The position numbers and the translations under genes were made by a program. The notes beneath the pieces were generated by a model. The model worked only from the letters and a program-made list of their open reading frames with translations, was not told where the DNA came from and did no database searches. Source: a virus (taxonomy: Duplodnaviria; Caudoviricetes). Taken from it: a stretch of 56,808 bases of DNA. Location of the stretch: positions 1 through 56,808 of IMG/VR virus record IMGVR_UViG_3300022752_000083, one strand, 5' to 3'. Positions 18,724-26,749 of this stretch are shown piece by piece (within the stretch, counting starts at the first letter, position 1; the number at the start of each line of letters is the position of its first letter).

Positions 18724-19761
18724 ATGAATTTACCACCAGAAATATTTGACTCCAAGCTAACATCCTCGGAGTTCAAAACCATCATTGCGATGTATCATCT
18801 GGCAAGCCCTGAGGGGCTGGTTGACGTGTCTAAAGATGAGTTAACCATCCTAACTGGGTACAGTGCTGAAACTTTGCGACGCTCATTCAGGGGTCTGGAG
18901 AACGCCGGGTTATTGGAGACCCAGAGAACAAAACGCAATCTTGGAAAGTGGTCTCGGAACATTTACCACCTCGTTTCACCATCACACAATTCTGTGGAAA
19001 CAGGGGTTTTACCATCACACATTTCCGAGGATTTTACCCCTCAACCATCACCCATTTTGGTGGAAATCGCAGGTATACCATCACACAATTCTGTGTGGTC
19101 AACAGCTAGTAGTAATAGTAATAGTAGTAAAACTACCAAATTAAATACTTCGTATTTAATTGGGGACGCGTCCGTCCCCACAAAGGAGGTCATTGTGGAG
19201 AAGTGGAGACCTCGTGGTGAAGACACTGCGGGAGATGACGAGATTGGCGGAGTAGGTCTTTTTGAAGATGAGGCTCTCCGGAAACAACCCCAAGCCAAGA
19301 TTGACAAACGGGATGTCCGTACGCGTTGGAAGCGTCCAGAAGACGAGTGGACCCCCGGCGATGTTGCTGCGGAGTTCTCTTACCGGCTTTCAATGCACTA
19401 CCCCATGACCCCCGCGTTAGTGAACACCAAAGACATTCGTGGTGCGCTATCCCGGTGGCGGAAGCAGTACGGAATCACTCCGCAAATCGAGATGGAAATC
19501 ATGCGGATGTTTTTTGAAGACGAGCGAAACTTCCGAGATGCCGACAAGAAAGCCTCACAGGTTCACACGTGGTATTTGCACATGTTCAAGACCCACATGC
19601 AAAGTGCTTTTGACCGACTTGGCATTGAGTACGAGAAAGACACGCCTACCCAAGAGGTCACAGACGTGTTGTATGCTTCGGACGGCAGGACGTTCGAGAA
19701 TAACATTGCTGGGCGTTCTGCACTGAAGAACTACGAGGAAAGGATTTCCAAGAATGCTTGA
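18724..19761 (+). CDS. replication initiator (N-terminal winged HTH)
   Basis: wHTH (EL..LTGYS.ETLRR....LE..GLL), internal iterons, followed by DnaC-like ATPase. Confidence 0.75.
   Translation: MNLPPEIFDSKLTSSEFKTIIAMYHLASPEGLVDVSKDELTILTGYSAETLRRSFRGLENAGLLETQRTKRNLGKWSRNIYHLVSPSHNSVETGVLPSHISEDFTPQPSPILVEIAGIPSHNSVWSTASSNSNSSKTTKLNTSYLIGDASVPTKEVIVEKWRPRGEDTAGDDEIGGVGLFEDEALRKQPQAKIDKRDVRTRWKRPEDEWTPGDVAAEFSYRLSMHYPMTPALVNTKDIRGALSRWRKQYGITPQIEMEIMRMFFEDERNFRDADKKASQVHTWYLHMFKTHMQSAFDRLGIEYEKDTPTQEVTDVLYASDGRTFENNIAGRSALKNYEERISKNA
18978..19180 (+). repeat. putative replication origin: four 20-bp iterons, AT-rich tract and two hairpins
   Basis: ACCATCAC-N12 at 18978, 19011, 19044, 19077 (33-bp period); TAG/TAA-repeat tract 19107-19132; inverted repeats 19139-19161 and 19161-19180. 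Confidence 0.8.
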
Positions 19762-20473
19762 CATGCGAACAATCGGTCTCAACAAGGAGCACTGGTTGAC
19801 AAAAATGTCGAACATTCCTACGCGCTACCTGCGCTGGGATTTTGACAACATTCGGGAAAGTCAGGGGAAACTCCCAATTGAACTTGAGGACTGGTTCCAT
19901 GACCTCATGGAGGGCAAAGTAATTCTTAACGTCGGTGGTCTCGGCACTACTGGAGTTGGCGTTTTGCTTGAGGGACCTCCGGGACGAGGTAAAACCACAC
20001 ACGCCGTAGCATCTTTGATTGAGTTTGTAAAGAACCTTCCCGAAGACACAGACCAAGCATCCAAGATTCTCCACATTCCTCGTTCGGCGTATGGTCGAAA
20101 TATGCGACCTGTTTACTACCTGACATTTACTGACTTGCTTTACCGCAAGAAGGCACTGTTTGACGCTGACATGGACGACCGTAAACGTTTGCAAGAAGAG
20201 ATGGACGGGTTCCACGGTAGAGCCAAAGAAGACACGCTCAATGTTCGTTTACTAGTTTTAGATGACCTTGGAAAAGAGTACGGCTCTGAGTACGACAAGT
20301 TCACTTTTGATGACATTCTTCGGACTCGTTACGACAAGGGTCTTCCAACAATCCTGACTACCAACGTTTCGCGCGAGACGTGGAAGGAAGTTTACTCAGA
20401 AGCAATGGAGTCTTTCGCACATGAAGCCTTTCGACGCGTTAGACTAGATGGAAAGGACTTGCGTAAAAACTGA
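19754..20473 (+). CDS. DnaC/IstB-like AAA+ helicase loader
   Basis: GPPGRGKT, LLVLDDLGKE, R....PTILTTN. Confidence 0.85.
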   Translation: MLDMRTIGLNKEHWLTKMSNIPTRYLRWDFDNIRESQGKLPIELEDWFHDLMEGKVILNVGGLGTTGVGVLLEGPPGRGKTTHAVASLIEFVKNLPEDTDQASKILHIPRSAYGRNMRPVYYLTFTDLLYRKKALFDADMDDRKRLQEEMDGFHGRAKEDTLNVRLLVLDDLGKEYGSEYDKFTFDDILRTRYDKGLPTILTTNVSRETWKEVYSEAMESFAHEAFRRVRLDGKDLRKN

Positions 20474-20778
20474 TGAGAGAGGCTAAGCCCATGGCAGAAT
20501 GGCGTTCCCTTCAGTTTTTTTTGTCTGATGATGGGGTACACGAAGTTCAAGCCAACCCCGATAACTACAAACAACTAAAGTGTGATTGCCACGTGTATAA
20601 AAGTGGTAAACGCTGTGCGCATGTGCGGTACGTACGAGACCAAATTACGTCTAAAAATGGTTCTTACAGCATTACCATTCCTGAGCACATTAGCGATGAA
20701 GATATTCAGCGGGCTTCAGAGAGCGCGGATTCTTTTCGTAATTTACTAATTCACAATGCTCGCATAGAGGTTATTTAA
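20473..20778 (+). CDS. SWIM zinc-finger protein
   Basis: CDC-x8-CAH motif. Confidence 0.65.
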   Translation: MREAKPMAEWRSLQFFLSDDGVHEVQANPDNYKQLKCDCHVYKSGKRCAHVRYVRDQITSKNGSYSITIPEHISDEDIQRASESADSFRNLLIHNARIEVI

Positions 20779-21197
20779 TGTTACGCGGGGATATCTCCAA
20801 CGAAACTCCGCCAAGAATAATAGTTAACATTGACGCGGTAGTATCCTCTGATGTTCAAGAAGAAAAGAAACTAATTGGTGCAAATAAGGTCTCAAGAAAC
20901 GTCGTGGGTCTTAATAACCCCGCCCTGTCCTTGCTGTGGAACAAGTCCTATCAATTTGGATTATCGGTAGAACTCGCGGCATTTGAGTCTGAGTTATGGA
21001 CCCAAAAACACTTAGACAACTTAATGGCGAGGTTAGACAGCAGGGGCGGAAACCCATTTAATTATGCAGAACTTTACCCGACCATTGATGACTTTATTGG
21101 CGAGTTGCCTTATAGGACTAACCTCAAAGGTGTGGTAGACATAGTGGAGCGTGTTGCACGCTATGGTTCATGGGGTATTGAACTACAAAATTTATAG
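20778..21197 (+). CDS. hypothetical protein, degenerate HAD-like fold
   Basis: IIVNIDAVV resembles hhhDxDG; coupled gene. Confidence 0.5.
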   Translation: MLRGDISNETPPRIIVNIDAVVSSDVQEEKKLIGANKVSRNVVGLNNPALSLLWNKSYQFGLSVELAAFESELWTQKHLDNLMARLDSRGGNPFNYAELYPTIDDFIGELPYRTNLKGVVDIVERVARYGSWGIELQNL

Positions 21198-21218
21198 GTT
21201 TAAAACAAGGGAACAAAT

Positions 21219-22469
21219 ATGGCACACGATAACGAATACAGGTTAATCAGTAAAGTAATCACAGACCGGAACATCATTCCGGTAATTGAAGTGGGGATTC
21301 GGGATGACTGGATTGTTGACCCCGACCTTCGTCGTATATGGAAGTTTGTCCGAGAGCATTACGCCAAATACCGTGAAGTACCGACCTATACAGCGGTAAA
21401 GGATAACTTCCCCAACTTCACAGCACTCAATGTTGAGGACACGATTGACTATCTCATTGACCAGATGGTCGCTTTCCGCCGTCGTACTTTGGTTAATCAA
21501 GGTGTCGCTCAGGCTGTTGCCGAGATGCAACAAAATAACTTTGAGTCCGCTCTTTCTGAGATGTCGCGCACTATCTCTGTTGTTAATGAGCAAGGCATCG
21601 TTGGAACCCAACACGTTGACTTAACCAAAGACCCTGAGTCTCGTTTTCTTCACTATGAGGAAATGCAGAACAACGAGTTTCTTGGCATTCCTACTGGTTT
21701 TGCTGCTATTGACGAAGCTACCGCAGGGCTTCAAGGTGGACAGTTAATTACCGTTATTGCTCCTCCCAAAACTGGTAAATCGCAAATTGCTTTGCAGATG
21801 GCTATCAACACTCACGCCATTGGTAAAGTACCAATGTTTCAAAGTTTTGAGATGAACAACGCAGAGCAGACCCAACGTCACGACGCTATGCGGGCACATC
21901 TCTCACACAAGGACTTGCGTCTCGGTAAGTTGTCGGAGAGCGAAGAGAATCGGTATCGAAACATGCTTATCCAAATGGCAGACGCACCTCCATTTCATTT
22001 GGTTGATGCCGTTAACGGTTTGACGATTGACGCACTCGTGGCTAAGGCTGAGCAACTAAAGCCAGACATTATGTTTATTGACGGTGTGTACCTCATGCTG
22101 GACCAAGTAACGGGTGACTCCAACACTCCTCAAGCATTGACCAACATTACCCGTGGTCTCAAGCGAGTAGCACAGAGCATGGACATCCCAGTCGTTATTA
22201 CAACTCAGACCTTGCTGTGGAAAATGCGCAACGGCAAAGTTACCGCAGACTCAATTGGTTATTCGTCTTCCTTCTTCCAAGACTCCGATGTCATTCTTGG
22301 TCTTGAGCCAGTAGACGGCGATGAAGAGGTTCGACTTCTGAAAGTTGTGCAATCTCGAAACGCTCCTCCAGAGGAAACTTCCATTACATGGCGGTGGGAT
22401 ATAGGATGCTTCCATGATGAAAGCAAGAAGTTTGAATGCAAATACTGCACACCTTGGATTCAGCAATGA
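21219..22469 (+). CDS. dnaB: DnaB-like replicative helicase
   Basis: GIPTGF..ID, APPKTGKS, SFEM, FIDG.YL, QDSD, SRN. Confidence 0.9.
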   Translation: MAHDNEYRLISKVITDRNIIPVIEVGIRDDWIVDPDLRRIWKFVREHYAKYREVPTYTAVKDNFPNFTALNVEDTIDYLIDQMVAFRRRTLVNQGVAQAVAEMQQNNFESALSEMSRTISVVNEQGIVGTQHVDLTKDPESRFLHYEEMQNNEFLGIPTGFAAIDEATAGLQGGQLITVIAPPKTGKSQIALQMAINTHAIGKVPMFQSFEMNNAEQTQRHDAMRAHLSHKDLRLGKLSESEENRYRNMLIQMADAPPFHLVDAVNGLTIDALVAKAEQLKPDIMFIDGVYLMLDQVTGDSNTPQALTNITRGLKRVAQSMDIPVVITTQTLLWKMRNGKVTADSIGYSSSFFQDSDVILGLEPVDGDEEVRLLKVVQSRNAPPEETSITWRWDIGCFHDESKKFECKYCTPWIQQ

Positions 22470-23446
22470 TTGACATTGACATTGAAGAAGTCCTCATTCG
22501 TCTGGGCATTGATTTTGAAGAAAAAGGCAATGAAGCCCTAGGTCTTTGCCCCATGCACAAGGCTCGTACGGGCAAGGATGACCACTCACCGTCATGGTGG
22601 ATAAACCTTGATACCGGACAGCACATCTGTTTCTCCTGTCAATACAAGGGGAATGTTCTCCAGTTAATCTGTGATATCGAAGAGTTTTACGTAAAGAACT
22701 GGGGAGACACTTACAGTTATGATTACCAAGCCGCAAAACGTTGGCTAGCAGAACTTGGAGATATTTCCCCTGAAAGACTTGCGGAAATGCTGGCTGCTAT
22801 TCCACGGCGAATTGAGGAGACTCCCAAACCACTTGAAGTATCAGAGGCACATCTTGCGGTTTTTGTTTCCCCTCCTGATGACAAACTTCAAGAACGTAAC
22901 CTTTCCCGCGAGTCGGTTGAGGCATACAACATCCTGTGGGATGAGCGCAGGAAAGCGTGGGTTTTACCCTTCTATGACCCTTACACTAAAAAGCTATTAG
23001 GTTGGCAGGAAAAGGGGACCGTAGAACGGACCTTTATGAATAGACCAGCAGGGCTTCCTCGGTCCAAGACTCTATTTGGTTTTGGGCAAATGCAAGACAG
23101 TGTTGTTTACCTTGTGGAGTCTCCACTAGACTGCGCACGATTACACACCGCAGGATTCCCCGGAGCAGTAGCAATCTGTGGGTCGTCTATCAGCGAGACC
23201 CAACTTCGCATCATTCGCTATGCTGACCGTGTAATTGCTGCTTTTGACAACCCCAAAATAGACTCTGCTGGAAAGAAGGTTTCTAGTGAGTTGAGGCAAC
23301 AAGCAATCGTATACGGAATCAACTTGTCATTCTTTAACTACGGTGACACGGGCAAGAAAGACCCCGGAGATATGACCGACAATGAGATAGCATGGGGTAT
23401 ACAGAACTCTACCTCAAGCCTCCTAGGAGAACGCGCGTATGTTTAA
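22466..23446 (+). CDS. dnaG: DnaG-like primase (CHC2 zinc finger + TOPRIM)
   Basis: CPMH...CFSC, VESPLD, FDN.....AG, KDPGD; ATG 22466 overlaps DnaB stop. Confidence 0.9.
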   Translation: MIDIDIEEVLIRLGIDFEEKGNEALGLCPMHKARTGKDDHSPSWWINLDTGQHICFSCQYKGNVLQLICDIEEFYVKNWGDTYSYDYQAAKRWLAELGDISPERLAEMLAAIPRRIEETPKPLEVSEAHLAVFVSPPDDKLQERNLSRESVEAYNILWDERRKAWVLPFYDPYTKKLLGWQEKGTVERTFMNRPAGLPRSKTLFGFGQMQDSVVYLVESPLDCARLHTAGFPGAVAICGSSISETQLRIIRYADRVIAAFDNPKIDSAGKKVSSELRQQAIVYGINLSFFNYGDTGKKDPGDMTDNEIAWGIQNSTSSLLGERAYV

Positions 23447-25010
23447 GGGTTCTCTTCTTCCTTATCAGGTAGAAGCTGTGGACGCTATGGTGGATAAAAA
23501 GAAACTCCTCATGGCGTATGAGATGGGTCTCGGTAAAACACCGAGCACCATCGCAGCAATCGAAACATTACGAGAAGCCGGTGAGGTCACCTCCCCGGTT
23601 CTTGTGCTTTGTCTTGCTAGTTTGAAGTACCAGTGGCAAAAAGAAATTAACAAGTTCAGCGACCAAACTGCACTTGTAATTGATGGTACTCCCAAGCAAA
23701 GAAATATGTCTTACGAGACATATTTGGATTACAACTACATCATTATGAATTACGAGCAGGTGGTAAATGACTGGGACATTATTCGCACTAAAAGTTTTTC
23801 TGCAATCATTTGCGACGAAGCCACAGCAATCAAAGGATTCCGAGCAAAAAGAGCAAAAAAAGTAAAAGAACTTTCTAAATCAATTCCCATTAGATATGCG
23901 CTTACTGGTACCCCCATCGAAAATGGACGACCAGAAGAAATTTACTCCATCATGGAGTTTGTAAATCGTGAGGTACTCGGTCGTTTTGACCTATTCGACA
24001 AAACTTTCATTGTTCGCAATTACTTTGGTGGAGTTTTGCGCTACCGCAATTTGCCCACTCTCTACTCCACGCTGGCAGACCATACTGCCCGAAAGTCACA
24101 AAAAGACGAGGATGTAGCACCGTTTCTGCCAGACGCAGTTTACCGTGAGCCTTTACTAGTTAACTTTGATACAAAAACTAAAGCACTGTACAACTACATT
24201 GCTACCGATTTGCACTCCCTGCTCTTAGATGCCAGCCAATTGTTTGGAGCATCGTTCAGCATTGCTTCGCACTACGGTCAGTCGCAGGGACCCAATGACC
24301 CTGCGACTGAGATGCGGGGTAAGATTATGTCTCGCATCACTGCGCTTCGCATGCTGTGTTCACATCCTGACCTGCTCAAAGAGAGTTACGAAAATTTTTC
24401 GGCTCAACAGGGAAAAGGAAGTGCTTTTGTGCATTCCCTCGGAGAGGAAGGTTTATTAGAAGGTGTTGATAAAACCCCAAAGCTTGACGCTGTTGTTTCA
24501 TACTTGAGTGAGCACCTAGACATTGATGAGTCGTACAAAGCCGTTGTGTTCTCAAGTTATCTTGGCTCAGTTGACCACATCGTCAATCGTCTAGGTGCAA
24601 AGAATTTTAAAGCCCTCCCCTATACCGGGAAAATGAACGCCAAAGAAAAAGAAGCCAACAAGGTTTCCTTTCAAACCTCGACCGACATCCGCGTACTTGT
24701 AAGCAGTGACGCTGGAGGGTACGGAGTTGACTTGCCCCAAGCAAACTTGCTTATCAATTACGACCAGCCTTGGTCCTCCGGGCTTTCAGTTCAGCGTAAC
24801 GGTCGCATCAAGCGCACAAGCTCCACGTGGCAAACAGTGACTATTCAAGACTTTCTTATCAATGGCTCTATTGAGCAACGTCAGTACGACATGCTTCAGC
24901 AAAAGATGAGTGTCGCAGGGGCAGTGTTAGATGGAGAAGGTATAAACTCTGACGGAGGGGTTGACCTCACTGTTGGAAGTTTGATAAATTTCCTATCATC
25001 ACGAATTTAA
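23439..25010 (+). CDS. SNF2-family helicase
   Basis: MGLGKT, DEAT, LTGTPIEN, GVDL, QRNGRI.R. Confidence 0.9.
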   Translation: MFKGSLLPYQVEAVDAMVDKKKLLMAYEMGLGKTPSTIAAIETLREAGEVTSPVLVLCLASLKYQWQKEINKFSDQTALVIDGTPKQRNMSYETYLDYNYIIMNYEQVVNDWDIIRTKSFSAIICDEATAIKGFRAKRAKKVKELSKSIPIRYALTGTPIENGRPEEIYSIMEFVNREVLGRFDLFDKTFIVRNYFGGVLRYRNLPTLYSTLADHTARKSQKDEDVAPFLPDAVYREPLLVNFDTKTKALYNYIATDLHSLLLDASQLFGASFSIASHYGQSQGPNDPATEMRGKIMSRITALRMLCSHPDLLKESYENFSAQQGKGSAFVHSLGEEGLLEGVDKTPKLDAVVSYLSEHLDIDESYKAVVFSSYLGSVDHIVNRLGAKNFKALPYTGKMNAKEKEANKVSFQTSTDIRVLVSSDAGGYGVDLPQANLLINYDQPWSSGLSVQRNGRIKRTSSTWQTVTIQDFLINGSIEQRQYDMLQQKMSVAGAVLDGEGINSDGGVDLTVGSLINFLSSRI

Positions 25011-25020
25011 AGGACATAAC

Positions 25021-25464
25021 ATGGCACAGATTATCCCCGAAGAGGAAACACGGTTTGTTGACCCCAACAGCCTTGAAGCACAGGTGCGTGAATACGCAAA
25101 GCTTAAGGCTTCTATGAACTTCATGGAAACTCGACAAAAAGAACTGCGTGACCTGTTGTTTGCCAAGATTGAGCAAGAAGGTTACGAAGACGACAAAGGC
25201 AATATTATCCTCGACCTTCCTCAGTCTATTGAGGGTATTAGTGCACTTCAAAAAACTGCTCGAATTACTCCCTACCTTGATGACACCGTTGCAGACCGCA
25301 TTATTGAAGAAAAGGGCATTGGTGATGACGTGTACAAAATGGTTCGAGTAATCGACGAGGGTGCTCTCATGTCTCAACTTTACGAGGGTAAGTTGACTGA
25401 GGATGAAATTGACGAAATGTTCCCCAAGAAAACCATTTGGGCTTTGACTACCAAGAAGGGATAG
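25021..25464 (+). CDS. hypothetical phage protein
   Basis: SD AAAGGA; coiled-coil N-terminus; clean ORF. Confidence 0.7.
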   Translation: MAQIIPEEETRFVDPNSLEAQVREYAKLKASMNFMETRQKELRDLLFAKIEQEGYEDDKGNIILDLPQSIEGISALQKTARITPYLDDTVADRIIEEKGIGDDVYKMVRVIDEGALMSQLYEGKLTEDEIDEMFPKKTIWALTTKKG

Positions 25465-25465
25465 C

Positions 25466-25954
25466 ATGCCCGGAATGCGTAGTGAAGAAGACATTCTTCG
25501 CGCTTTTGAAGGTCTAGATAAAGTTCCCGGCTCCAAGAAACCCCGTAGGGATACCACCCCTGTTGCTGACCGGCGACGAGCAAAAGCCCTTGGAGAATCA
25601 AACGGGTGGGACAGTAATCCCATCATTAAACACATGCAAGGCGTTCCTATAGAGGTCTTTACTATTAGCGCATTAGCAGATGCTCTGGAGAAAAAAGTAG
25701 TTACAATTAGGCTTTGGGAAAAGAAGGGGTACATCCCCATCGCTCCCTATCGTTTGCGGTCTAAAACCTTGAACGGTAACAAAGTCAACGGTAACCGAGT
25801 GTATACTCGGGAACTGATTGAAATAGCAATTGAGGAATTTGGCAAGCGAGGACTTCTTGGTTCTGCGCGTGTCGAATGGAATCAATTGGGTGACCTAACA
25901 TCTATACTTGTAAATAGATGGAAAGAAGCCATCAACCAAAAGCCGAGTGCGTAA
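25466..25954 (+). CDS. MerR-like HTH DNA-binding protein
   Basis: FTISALA.AL....TIRLWEKKGYIP...R.YT. Confidence 0.7.
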   Translation: MPGMRSEEDILRAFEGLDKVPGSKKPRRDTTPVADRRRAKALGESNGWDSNPIIKHMQGVPIEVFTISALADALEKKVVTIRLWEKKGYIPIAPYRLRSKTLNGNKVNGNRVYTRELIEIAIEEFGKRGLLGSARVEWNQLGDLTSILVNRWKEAINQKPSA

Positions 25955-25972
25955 GTACTCATTACCGAAAGT

Positions 25973-26644
25973 ATGCCGATTATGCAATTGCCAAACATTG
26001 ATGCCGATGATTACGACATCCCAGCAGTTCTTGCTGAGGATTCGCCTACCGCTACACCTAAGTACGGAACTTCCGTACAGTCTGGTTGGGGAACCGCGCC
26101 TGTTAACAAGGACAAGAAGTACCCTACCGCTTTCAAATTCGGTCCTCAGACTCAAGTAGTCGCCTTTTTTGAGGACGCGCCGTTTGCTAACTACAAGCAG
26201 CACTGGATTGACCGTTCCGCAGGAAAGCGTTCTTTTGTCTGCGCACTTCCCGGACAGCCCTGCCCGTTGTGTGACAAGCCAGTCAGCAACGTACCTGCAC
26301 AGAAGTATGACTTCAACGTCGTAGTTCTTACAGACGAAGAGTGGGAAGTCAAGATTTTGACTGCCGGTGCCAGTTTTGGACGAGACTTGCAGACAGCTAA
26401 TGAAGACCCGATGCGTGGTCCTTTGACCAAGTCATTTTGGGCAATCTCTCGGCAGGGAATGGGTCCCACCACGCGCTTCTCCCTTGAGCGTGTTCGTCCC
26501 CGTGACCTAGCCGAAGAGTGGAAAATCGACCCTGACAAGGTTGCTGAGTTCATGGCAACCGCTACTCCGTACACAACTGACACAGTTTACGTTTCCCCCT
26601 ACGAGGAACTGGTCAAGCTTGCGGAGTCTTTCGGGGCTGCGTAA
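25973..26644 (+). CDS. gp32-like single-stranded DNA-binding protein
   Basis: QHWI...SFVC....CPLC zinc motif; ISR.G.G..T; upstream of polymerase. Confidence 0.65.
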   Translation: MPIMQLPNIDADDYDIPAVLAEDSPTATPKYGTSVQSGWGTAPVNKDKKYPTAFKFGPQTQVVAFFEDAPFANYKQHWIDRSAGKRSFVCALPGQPCPLCDKPVSNVPAQKYDFNVVVLTDEEWEVKILTAGASFGRDLQTANEDPMRGPLTKSFWAISRQGMGPTTRFSLERVRPRDLAEEWKIDPDKVAEFMATATPYTTDTVYVSPYEELVKLAESFGAA

Positions 26645-26652
26645 CCACTCAT

Positions 26653-26705
26653 AGAACGGGGGCTGAGGTGGCTTTCTATCCTTTCTACACCTCAGCCCCC
26701 TTCTT
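26653..26705 (+). ncRNA. 13-bp GC hairpin with anti-SD-like 17-nt loop (terminator and/or regulatory RNA)
   Basis: GGGGGCTGAGGTG 26658-26670 / CACCTCAGCCCCC 26688-26700; loop GCTTTCTATCCTTTCTA. Confidence 0.65.
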
Positions 26706-26749
26706 AATTGGTGGGTAAGTAAAGGAAAACTTTAACAAGGGACAATAAA

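Noticed and set aside
18978-19096. 33-bp periodic repeats as a CRISPR array (Cas4-like gene present)
   Set aside because: Spacers only ~13 nt, repeats degenerate and in frame inside the initiator; no cas1/cas2; fits iterons.
24967-25740. 257-aa minus-strand ORF and similar shadows (306-959, 2273-2884, 5168-5818)
   Set aside because: Antisense to well-supported genes; no recognisable motifs.
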